DNA of 50,804 nt from NCBI GenBank assembly GCA_041476485.1, contig JBGOTO010000002.1, forward strand, positions 1-50,804, read 5' to 3'. Below are positions 26,550 through 34,405 of this stretch, one piece after another (the first letter of the stretch is position 1; every line of letters starts with the position of its first letter). The translations under genes and the position numbers were made by a program. The notes under the pieces are model-generated. The model made no database searches and was not told the origin of the DNA. It was given only the letters and a program-made list of their open reading frames with translations. Source of the DNA: Nitrospirota bacterium (lineage in GTDB: Bacteria; Nitrospirota; UBA9217).

Positions 26550-28391
26550 ATGCCCGACAAGGTCTCCCCCATTAAAGAAATTTTCCAGTCCTTCAAAGGG
26601 ATACTCCATTCGCTCGGTCTGGTGTTCGGCGATATCGGCACGAGCCCCATCTATACGCTGACCGTCATTTTTCTCCTGCCTACCATGGTGCGCACGGAGG
26701 AGAGCGTCATCGGCGTGCTCTCGCTCATCGTCTGGACGCTCGTCATCCTCGTTACCATCCAGTACGCCTGGCTGGCAATGAGTCTCGCCAAGCGCGGCGA
26801 GGGCGGCACGATCGTGCTTCGGGAACTCCTGGTGCCGCTCCTCAAGTCCGGACGGCAGGCCGCGCTCGTAACACTCCTTTCGTTCATAGGCATTTCCCTC
26901 ATCGTCGGCGACGGCGTCATCACCCCGGCCATCAGCATCCTCTCCGCGGTCGAAGGACTGCTTTTGATCAAGGGGTTCGAGGGAATGAACCAGACCTCTC
27001 TCATCGTGATTGCCGGCAGCATCGCCATACTGCTCTTCTCGGTCCAGAAAAAGGGGACCGAACGGATCGCGGACGCCTTCGGCCCCATCATGATCCTGTG
27101 GTTCCTCGCCCTCTCGGTATCCGGCATGGCCTCGGTCACCGAGGTGCCGTCGGTGCTCAAGGCCCTCAATCCCTATTATGCCGTCAGGTTCATGATCGAG
27201 AACGGCGTCGTGGGGTTCTTCGTGCTCTCCGAGGTGATCCTCTGCGCCACGGGCGGAGAGGCGCTCTATGCCGACATGGGGCACCTGGGCCGCGTGCCCA
27301 TCGTCCGGGCGTGGCACTTCGTGTTCATCGCCCTCGTGCTGAACTATCTTGGCCAGGGCGCTTATCTCATCCGGCATCCGGAGGCGAAGAACGTCCTGTT
27401 CGAGATGGTCTATCACCAGGCGCAGTACCTGTACGTCCCGTTCCTCGTCCTGAGCATCCTGGCCACGATCATCGCGTCGCAGGCCATGATCAGCGGCATG
27501 TTCTCCATCGTCTACCAGGGCATCACCACGCGCATTCTGCCCATATTCAAAGTTGATTACACCTCCGAGGAGCGCCACTCCCAGATTTATATCGGCGTCG
27601 TGAACTGGTTCCTGCTCATCGCCGTCTTGTACATCATGATTGAATTTAAAGAGTCGAGCAAGCTCGCTTATGCCTACGGTCTTGCCGTCACCGGCACCAT
27701 GACCCTCACGGGCGTGTTCATGACCTGGATTTTCCATCTCAAGAGACAACTTTTTCGAACCGCGCTTTCGATCTTCGTGACGCTGGTCTCCCTGACGTTT
27801 TTCCTGTCGAACATGACCAAGATCCCCCACGGCGGATACTGGTCGATCATCATCGCATCCATACCGTTTGCCCTCATCATGCTCTACCGCGCCGGACAGC
27901 GCAGGCTCTACACTGCGCTCCAGCCGCTGCCCATAGAAGTTTTTCTGCCGAGCTATGAACAGATCTACAAAAGCATGAACAAGATCAAAGGCACGGCGCT
28001 TTTCTTCTCACGCGACGCCAAAGAGATGCCCCCTTATATCGTCCATACCATGTTCAAGAATAACATCATCTACGAGGACAATATCATCGTTTCGATCGTG
28101 AAGCGCGAGGAGCCCTTCGGCGTCAACGCTTCTTTCCAGGAGGAACTCGCTCCCGGGCTCCGGACCTTCGTGATAGAGACGGGATACATGGAAGTGCCGG
28201 ACGTGGAGGAAATCCTGCGGGGCGCAGGGATCCAGGAAAAGACCATCTTTTACGGCTTGGAAGATATTCTGCCGAGCAACTTCATCTGGGCGCTCTTCTC
28301 GTTCATCAAACGGTTGACCCCGAACATCGTCCAGTTCTACAAGCTCCCTTACAACAAATTGCATGGCGTTGTCACGAGAGTTGAGTTGTAG
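26550..28391 (+). CDS. kup: KUP/HAK/KT-family potassium uptake protein
   Basis: GDIGTSPIY near the N-terminus, 12 TM helices and a C-terminal cytoplasmic domain. ATG 26550 is preferred over the track's upstream start. Confidence 0.92.
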   Translation: MPDKVSPIKEIFQSFKGILHSLGLVFGDIGTSPIYTLTVIFLLPTMVRTEESVIGVLSLIVWTLVILVTIQYAWLAMSLAKRGEGGTIVLRELLVPLLKSGRQAALVTLLSFIGISLIVGDGVITPAISILSAVEGLLLIKGFEGMNQTSLIVIAGSIAILLFSVQKKGTERIADAFGPIMILWFLALSVSGMASVTEVPSVLKALNPYYAVRFMIENGVVGFFVLSEVILCATGGEALYADMGHLGRVPIVRAWHFVFIALVLNYLGQGAYLIRHPEAKNVLFEMVYHQAQYLYVPFLVLSILATIIASQAMISGMFSIVYQGITTRILPIFKVDYTSEERHSQIYIGVVNWFLLIAVLYIMIEFKESSKLAYAYGLAVTGTMTLTGVFMTWIFHLKRQLFRTALSIFVTLVSLTFFLSNMTKIPHGGYWSIIIASIPFALIMLYRAGQRRLYTALQPLPIEVFLPSYEQIYKSMNKIKGTALFFSRDAKEMPPYIVHTMFKNNIIYEDNIIVSIVKREEPFGVNASFQEELAPGLRTFVIETGYMEVPDVEEILRGAGIQEKTIFYGLEDILPSNFIWALFSFIKRLTPNIVQFYKLPYNKLHGVVTRVEL

Positions 28392-28575
28392 ACGAGGTCC
28401 GATTACTCCTGCCGCCTGAAATTAATCGACAAATACAAATCCACCGGCTCGCTTCCCAACTTTTCCTTGCAATTCCCCGGAATTTATAATATGTTTGCTC
28501 ATGAGCGATTGGCGGTTCCTGATTTCCAGCCGCCAGGTGGTACTGAACGATAGGTAGCAGAGGAGAGCGGCGCGC

Positions 28576-29076
28576 TTGTACTACGAAAACGTATTCAGAA
28601 CGCTCCAAAAGAACAACATCCGGTATGCCGTCGCAGGAGGCGTAGCACTGGTGCTTCATGGCGTGGTCAGGTTCACGGCTGACCTTGATCTGATCGTGGA
28701 CCTGGACCCGGAAAACCTCAGGCGTTTTGTCGATGCCATGACAGAACTGGGTTATCGTCCGCGAAATCCCGTGAAAGCTGAGGATTTTCTTGACCCGGAA
28801 ATCCGGAAGGGGTGGAAGCGGGATAAGAACATGGAGGTCTTTTCATTGGCAGACCCGGCACAGCCCATGACCCTGATCGACGTGTTTCTAGAGGAAAAAA
28901 TTCCATTCCAGGAGATCATGAAAGAGCTCGTACCCGTGACGGCAAAAGGCATTATGATACCTGTCGTTTCCCTGCTGCATTTAAAGAGGCTCAAAAAAGC
29001 CGCCGGCAGGCCGCAGGACCTCGCGGACATCGAAGCAATAGAGGCGATGGAAAAATCGGATAGAGAAACGCGATGA
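28576..29076 (+). CDS. Minimal nucleotidyltransferase-fold protein (AbiEii-like motif)
   Basis: AVAGGVALVLHGVVRFTADLDLIV fits the pol-beta NTase G[GS]...DxD pattern. TTG start with GAGGAG upstream. 166 aa. Confidence 0.6.
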   Translation: MYYENVFRTLQKNNIRYAVAGGVALVLHGVVRFTADLDLIVDLDPENLRRFVDAMTELGYRPRNPVKAEDFLDPEIRKGWKRDKNMEVFSLADPAQPMTLIDVFLEEKIPFQEIMKELVPVTAKGIMIPVVSLLHLKRLKKAAGRPQDLADIEAIEAMEKSDRETR

Positions 29077-29252
29077 AGCAGGAGCCGCTGAAAAAACCGT
29101 TTGTCTTTCGCCCCTCACAGGAGGCCTTGAGGCAATTCAAGGACGCATCTCCTGAGGCAAAACTGGATTGGCTCGAAGAGGCAAATCGTTTTGTCAACGA
29201 TTTCGTGCCTCCGCAGAAGCTGGAACGATGGAAAAAGATTTCAGGGCGCTGA
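29073..29252 (+). CDS. 59-aa ORF overlapping the NTase stop (ATGA), below the ORF-track cutoff
   Basis: Hand translation gives MKQEPLKKPFVFRPSQEALRQFKDASPEAKLDWLEEANRFVNDFVPPQKLERWKKISGR*. The 4-nt start/stop overlap suggests translational coupling. Confidence 0.4.
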   Translation: MKQEPLKKPFVFRPSQEALRQFKDASPEAKLDWLEEANRFVNDFVPPQKLERWKKISGR

Positions 29253-29314
29253 AGGGATTGACGACTTCATCATCACGGTGTATTTCCACGGCGCGACGGT
29301 CGGGGTGATCACGG

Positions 29315-30415
29315 TCATAACGGCAGTTTCTTTGTTTCTTCCAGCTCGTGGCCGGCTTCGGTCCCGGTGAGCGACTGCAGTTTGTCGCCGAACTTCAAGA
29401 GCCGCTTGTCCGCTTCGTCATATCGTGCCTTGGTATTCGTCAGGTGTTTCCCGACCAATTCGAACTCTTCTTGAAATTTCCTGAAGTCCCCCGACAGCCG
29501 CGCGAGGTTTTTCAGGATTTCCTGGGCCTGCTCCTCGACATGCATGCCCTTGAGTCCGAGGAGGATGGTCTGGAGGTAGGCGTAGAAGCTGTTCGGCGAG
29601 ACCGGGATCACCCGTTTGGTGAAGGCGTAGCTGAGGAGCGCTTTGTCCGTATCAACAGCCTCATCTTTGATGACGAGCTCGTAGTACACGTTCTCGGCCG
29701 GGATGTACATGAGGGCGAAATCGAAGGTGCCTTCGTCGGGCAGGATGTATTTGCCGGCAATGGCATCGACATGTTTTTTCACGTCCGCGATGAACTTTCG
29801 TTTGACTATTTTGCGTTCTTCTTCCGATGCAGTCTCGACAACGCGCCTGAAATTTTCGAGAGGGAATTTCGCGTCAACCGGCACGAGGTTTTGCCCGAGC
29901 CTGATGACCGCGTCCACGGCCTCGCCGCTCTTGAAACGGTGCTGCAACGTGTAGTGGGCCGGCGGAAAAATCTGCGCCAGGAGGTCTCCAAGGAAGAGTT
30001 CGCCCAATCCGCCGCGAAGTTTCGGCGAGCGAAGGATCTCCTGCAAGCTCGCGATGTCTTTTCCCACGTCGAACACCTTTTTCGTGGCTTCGGAGAGGCT
30101 CCCGAGGCCTTTGCTCACTTCCTGCACCACGCGGGCGGCATTATCGAGCCTTGAATTCAGATCGCCCGTAGACTTCTGGAGCTGTTGGGTCACCTGATTC
30201 AACTGAGAATTTACCTGGAGGGTGATTTGGCCGAGCTGTTGGTTCACGGTGTCCTGATTTTTGAGCATCGCATCGGTGAGCTGGCCCCGGAGTGACTGCA
30301 CCTCCTGCTGCATCAAGTTGATAGACGGATCGGCAATCTTCATCCGTGACTGGAGCACGAGCCACAGGAGGATGAGGACGACGGCCGCAAGAAGTATAAT
30401 GATCGCTGTTTGCAT
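29315..30415 (-). CDS. rmuC: DNA recombination protein RmuC
   Basis: N-terminal TM helix, long coiled coil and a C-terminal nuclease-like domain (FALMYIPAENVYYE). Confidence 0.85.
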   Translation of the reverse strand: MQTAIIILLAAVVLILLWLVLQSRMKIADPSINLMQQEVQSLRGQLTDAMLKNQDTVNQQLGQITLQVNSQLNQVTQQLQKSTGDLNSRLDNAARVVQEVSKGLGSLSEATKKVFDVGKDIASLQEILRSPKLRGGLGELFLGDLLAQIFPPAHYTLQHRFKSGEAVDAVIRLGQNLVPVDAKFPLENFRRVVETASEEERKIVKRKFIADVKKHVDAIAGKYILPDEGTFDFALMYIPAENVYYELVIKDEAVDTDKALLSYAFTKRVIPVSPNSFYAYLQTILLGLKGMHVEEQAQEILKNLARLSGDFRKFQEEFELVGKHLTNTKARYDEADKRLLKFGDKLQSLTGTEAGHELEETKKLPL

Positions 30416-30435
30416 GGTTGGGAACCTTTAGCGTA

Positions 30436-30502
30436 GCCACAAAGGCACGAAGGCGCCAAAAAAATCATTAAATTTTTCTTCGAGTCTTAGTGTCTTCGTG
30501 GC
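30436..30502. repeat. Inverted pair of CTTCGTG-type repeats between nadA and rmuC
   Basis: gccacaaaggcacgaagg (30436-30453) and cttcgagtcttagtgtcttcgtggc (30478-30502) form an imperfect long hairpin. They are related to 13312-13336. Confidence 0.45.
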
Positions 30503-30513
30503 CGAATTCGGTT

Positions 30514-31572
30514 TCACTTGATTTCCAGCATCCGGTCCAGCGCGCGCTTGGCGGGAATGCGGATCTCTTCCGGCACTTTTATCACGTGCTCTCTCTTTTC
30601 AAGGGCACGGAGCACGCTCGTGAGCTTCGTCCGCTTCATGTTCGGGCAGACCATCTCCTGCGAGACGAGATAGAACTTTTTGCCGGGATTTTCCTTTTTC
30701 AGCCGGTGGAGCAGGCCTTCTTCCGTGCCGATGATGAATTCCTTGTGGTTCGATTCCCTGCAATAGCGGAGCATGCCCGACGTGCTGGTGATGTGGTCCG
30801 CCATGTCCTGCACCTCCGGAGGGCATTCGGGGTGCACCACCAGGACCGCATCGGGGTGCGCGGCCCTGGCCGCCTTTACGTCTTCCGCATCGAGGTGCGC
30901 GTGGTGCACGTTGCAGAACCCGTCCCAGGTGATGACCTTCTTCTTCGTCCTTTTCGCGGCGTAGGCCGAGAGGTTCCGGTCCGGAATGCAGATCACCGTG
31001 TCTTCCGCGAGGGACTCGACGACTTTCACGACGTTGGATGACGTGCAGCAGATGTCGCTTTCGGCCTTGACCGCTGCCGATGTGTTCACATAGGCCACGA
31101 CCGGCACGCCGGGATGTTTTTTCTTCATGTCCAGGAGCGTGAACTCGTCCGCGAACTCGAAGGTGATGCCGAGGATGTCGGTGAACAGCTCGCGGCGCGT
31201 CTTGCGCGGCCCTTTGACCGTGACCATGTCCGCCATAGGGCAGCCCGCGCCGAGCTCGGGGAGCAGGACGGTCTTGTCCGGCGAGAGGATCGACGCGCTT
31301 TCGGCCATGAAGTGGACGCCGCAGAACACGATCACGTCGTAGTCCGTCGTTGCCGCGGCGCGCGAGAGTTCGAGCGAATCGCCGGTGATATCGGCGATAT
31401 CCTGCACTTCCGGGCGCTGGTAGTTGTGCGCGAGGATGACGGCGTTCAGGTCTTTTTTGAGCCTCACGATCTTTTCGCGGATGCCGTCGAAGTCGGGTTT
31501 TTCAGCGTTCATATCAGACGATAATACCGATAAGTGCCTCCGGTTGTCAATGGAATTTGTTCCGGCGCTCAT
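30514..31572 (-). CDS. nadA: Quinolinate synthase
   Basis: [18 protein letters not shown] and the three-repeat architecture with conserved Cys residues. The start may instead be ATG 31512. Confidence 0.92.
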   Translation of the reverse strand: MSAGTNSIDNRRHLSVLSSDMNAEKPDFDGIREKIVRLKKDLNAVILAHNYQRPEVQDIADITGDSLELSRAAATTDYDVIVFCGVHFMAESASILSPDKTVLLPELGAGCPMADMVTVKGPRKTRRELFTDILGITFEFADEFTLLDMKKKHPGVPVVAYVNTSAAVKAESDICCTSSNVVKVVESLAEDTVICIPDRNLSAYAAKRTKKKVITWDGFCNVHHAHLDAEDVKAARAAHPDAVLVVHPECPPEVQDMADHITSTSGMLRYCRESNHKEFIIGTEEGLLHRLKKENPGKKFYLVSQEMVCPNMKRTKLTSVLRALEKREHVIKVPEEIRIPAKRALDRMLEIK

Positions 31573-31704
31573 GAAAAAAGTCCGTTACAGCTAGGGGCCG
31601 AAGAATTGTTGTGCGGGAACAGTATTTTATGATATAGTTGTTTGTGTAACAGCAGCTTTCCGCGAAGATAAAAATCGTAGATCAATTTGGAAGGAGGAAG
31701 CATT

Positions 31705-32010
31705 ATGAAGAGCAGAGAGGAATATATCGATAGTTTAGCAGCGCAGCTGAAGGAGTGGTCCGCCAAGATCGATGATCTGGAATCTAAGGCCCGTGCGGCC
31801 AAGGCCGATGTGAAAGCCGGGTATGAAGATCAGATCAGGCAACTCAAGGGCAAGCGGGATGTCGCGACGCAGAAAATTCAGGAGCTTAAGAGCGCAAGCA
31901 CCGATGCATGGGGCACCCTGAAGGTGGGCGCGGAAGCAGCATGGGCGGATCTCAGGAACGCTGTCACGGCAGCGAAAGAGAAGTTCAAAAAGCCGGGTGG
32001 ACCGAACTGA
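31705..32010 (+). CDS. Small coiled-coil protein (101 aa)
   Basis: AGGAGG RBS 7 nt upstream. Heptad-rich sequence (EYIDSLAAQLKEWSAKIDDLESKARAAKADVK...). Confidence 0.65.
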   Translation: MKSREEYIDSLAAQLKEWSAKIDDLESKARAAKADVKAGYEDQIRQLKGKRDVATQKIQELKSASTDAWGTLKVGAEAAWADLRNAVTAAKEKFKKPGGPN

Positions 32011-32067
32011 CAGGAAACTGACAGCGACCGATTGTTCATAAGATCGCCGCACAGGCGGCGTGGACCG

Positions 32068-32098
32068 AGAGCGGCATATTCCCTACCGCTCTTTTTTT
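32068..32098 (+). terminator. Intrinsic terminator
   Basis: AGAGCGG, 11-nt loop, CCGCTCT, followed by TTTTTT. Confidence 0.65.
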
Positions 32099-32160
32099 CG
32101 ATAGAGTGCCAGGTTAAGTACTCTACTCCGGTTGTCCGGGATAGTCAAAGGAGACAGAAA

Positions 32161-32814
32161 ATGGACCAAACGCCTCAGAATGGCGGCCGCATGGTGGTTT
32201 CCTATCTCACGCTGCGAAAGGCCATCGGATACCTCGGAATCGCACTCCCGTTCGTTCTCTTCTTCGGAGGAATGCTGCTGCATAAACTCGGCATGCAAAG
32301 TTCGATCAGCGGCTACTATTACACGCCGATGCGCGATGTCCTCGTCGGGATCTTGTGCTCGATAGGCGTTTTTATGATGTCCTACAAGGGGTATGAGCGG
32401 AGGGACGACCTTGCCGGGGACCTGGCATGCATCTTCGCCATCGGCACCGCGCTCTTTCCCACGTTACCCGATGACCCTTCTCACCGCGAGAAACTGATCG
32501 GGGTTTTTCATCTGGTGTTTGCCGCCTTGTTTTTCCTGACGCTTTCTTACTTCTGTCTCTTCCTGTTTACGAAAACCGACCCCGCAAAGACGCCATCGAA
32601 ACAAAAGCTCCAAAGAAATGCCGTGTACCGGGTTTGCGGCTGCACGATGCTGGCCGCTCTAATCCTGATCGTAGCTCTTGGACTGATACCGGAAAGCGTC
32701 CTGGCGGAAATAAAGAAGCTCAAACCGAACTTTTGGCTGGAATCAATTGCAATCGAAGCCTTCGGCGTATCGTGGATGACGAAAGGCGAGGCCATCTTGA
32801 AGGATGCGGCCTGA
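32161..32814 (+). CDS. Polytopic membrane protein (6 TM), unknown function
   Basis: AAAGGAG RBS. Six hydrophobic helices. No catalytic motif recognised. Confidence 0.7.
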   Translation: MDQTPQNGGRMVVSYLTLRKAIGYLGIALPFVLFFGGMLLHKLGMQSSISGYYYTPMRDVLVGILCSIGVFMMSYKGYERRDDLAGDLACIFAIGTALFPTLPDDPSHREKLIGVFHLVFAALFFLTLSYFCLFLFTKTDPAKTPSKQKLQRNAVYRVCGCTMLAALILIVALGLIPESVLAEIKKLKPNFWLESIAIEAFGVSWMTKGEAILKDAA

Positions 32815-32844
32815 CTGCTCATTCTGAAGATGCTTGCTTTTTAC

Positions 32845-32883
32845 AACTACTCAGGTCAGCCAGCGAGTAGTTACGTTTTTTTT
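32845..32883 (+). terminator. Hairpin plus T8 terminator, formed by a copy of the GACCTGAGTA-type repeat
   Basis: AACTACTC (32845-32852), 12-nt loop, GAGTAGTT (32865-32872), then acg and TTTTTTTT (32876-32883). It lies only about 13 nt before the RBS of the next gene. Confidence 0.6.
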
Positions 32884-32896
32884 GGAGGGTTTGCTT

Positions 32897-34405
32897 ATGA
32901 TGATCCGGTCGATAAAAACTGCTGTGTTGATCTCGGTCCTCTCTGCTTTTTTACTCACCGGGGGAAGCGGGCTCGCCAGTGAAGATCAGAAGAAAAACGA
33001 TCCGAAAAAGGAAAAAGCGACCGTCGAAGATATTATTCCTTTTACGGTAGGAAATCTTCGCGGGCACAAGATGCTGTACAACGAAGGCTGGTTCGTCGTG
33101 ACCTCGAGCAAAAAGGCCTTCGAATTCGCCAAAGAGAGGTCGATCACTTCCTCGAAAACGGCATTGCAACAGGTTCTCTCCGACGCATCGAAGCATTCAA
33201 GCGATTATAAAGAAGCAATGAAGTCCGACGTCCAGGAGGCGACGGAGACCGGCAAGGAACTCGTCGTATCGGGAACCAAGCAGAGCAAAAAGATATTCGA
33301 GACTACGCACGCCTTGGCAAAGAGCGAGCTTACGTACGCTGATGAAAATTTCAGGAAGGCCATGGACTCCTTTGTCAAAGGAAACCTATCGATCGCCGAG
33401 CGGACGGAAGAGGAGCGGCAGGAACTGGCAAATCTTCCGGGAAATTATTTTAAGACGCTTAAAAACGATTTCACGAATATTTACGAGCTTTCCGGATCGG
33501 TAAGGAAACGTTTTGCGGGCAGGATCGACGCCCACTGGGTAGAAGCTTTCAGAAAGGCAAGCAGGGAATTTCAGTCCGAGTATGAAAAATCCGGCGAAGA
33601 GAAAAACTCGCTCACGGCCCTCGGTCCCATCCTTCACGGCTACCTGAAAGCCTTTTATCACGGTTTCGCGGCGCCGGCCTCGAAGACCATCGTGAAAACA
33701 GGGGTGAACGGCGTCTCGTATGTCGTGTTCCTGCCGGTTGCCGCTACCTCCATTGTCACGGGAAGGACGGTCCAGTCCGTGGGGTTGACGGTCTACTACG
33801 TGGGAAAAACAGGCGTGAAGATCGTATCGCCCACGGTGGAAGGCGGCCTCCTCTCCGGCTTGTCGCTCTTGTCCCTCAGCTCCGTTCCCGTTACGTACAC
33901 TGCCGGCGGGACGGTAGGGGTCATGAACCAGGTGGCCTTTACGACCGTTGGGCCGGCCGCCGGGGTCGTGGAAGGGGCGGTGACGACAACCACTCATTCC
34001 GGGGGATACGTGGCGTTCCTGACCTACGACGCCACGAAAGGCGCGACGCAGGTAGCGATCAATCAGGCCGCGTCGGGCATCGTGCTCGGGTATAACGCCT
34101 TAACGGCGGTCCCGGTCCACGCTCTGATGGGCGCGGCGGATGTTGTGATTCTTGGCTGGGAGGGTCCGAAATTGGTCATCGCCGCAGTTACGGGAAGGAT
34201 AAAAAGCGACAAGGACTCTGGTGCAGGAAAAACGCATTCCCTCGGCGATTTGCCGGTCGGGACGGTAGTCGATTTGAAAAAGCTTGAGCAGCAGGAGGGA
34301 GTGAAGGTCGAGGTCATTTCCACGGACGAAGCCGTTATCAAAGACGTGCTTCAAAAAATTCCTGACGATGTGAGGGAGCACCATGACGATCATAAACCTC
34401 AATAA
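32897..34405 (+). CDS. Exported protein, paralog A (helical N-half, Gly/Ala/Val/Thr-rich C-half), unknown family
   Basis: GGAGGG RBS and signal peptide MMIRSIKTAVLISVLSAFLLTGGSGLASE. The C-terminus (LGWEGPKLVIAAVTG...GDLPVGTVVDLKKLEQ) is homologous to the next gene. Confidence 0.8.
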   Translation: MMIRSIKTAVLISVLSAFLLTGGSGLASEDQKKNDPKKEKATVEDIIPFTVGNLRGHKMLYNEGWFVVTSSKKAFEFAKERSITSSKTALQQVLSDASKHSSDYKEAMKSDVQEATETGKELVVSGTKQSKKIFETTHALAKSELTYADENFRKAMDSFVKGNLSIAERTEEERQELANLPGNYFKTLKNDFTNIYELSGSVRKRFAGRIDAHWVEAFRKASREFQSEYEKSGEEKNSLTALGPILHGYLKAFYHGFAAPASKTIVKTGVNGVSYVVFLPVAATSIVTGRTVQSVGLTVYYVGKTGVKIVSPTVEGGLLSGLSLLSLSSVPVTYTAGGTVGVMNQVAFTTVGPAAGVVEGAVTTTTHSGGYVAFLTYDATKGATQVAINQAASGIVLGYNALTAVPVHALMGAADVVILGWEGPKLVIAAVTGRIKSDKDSGAGKTHSLGDLPVGTVVDLKKLEQQEGVKVEVISTDEAVIKDVLQKIPDDVREHHDDHKPQ

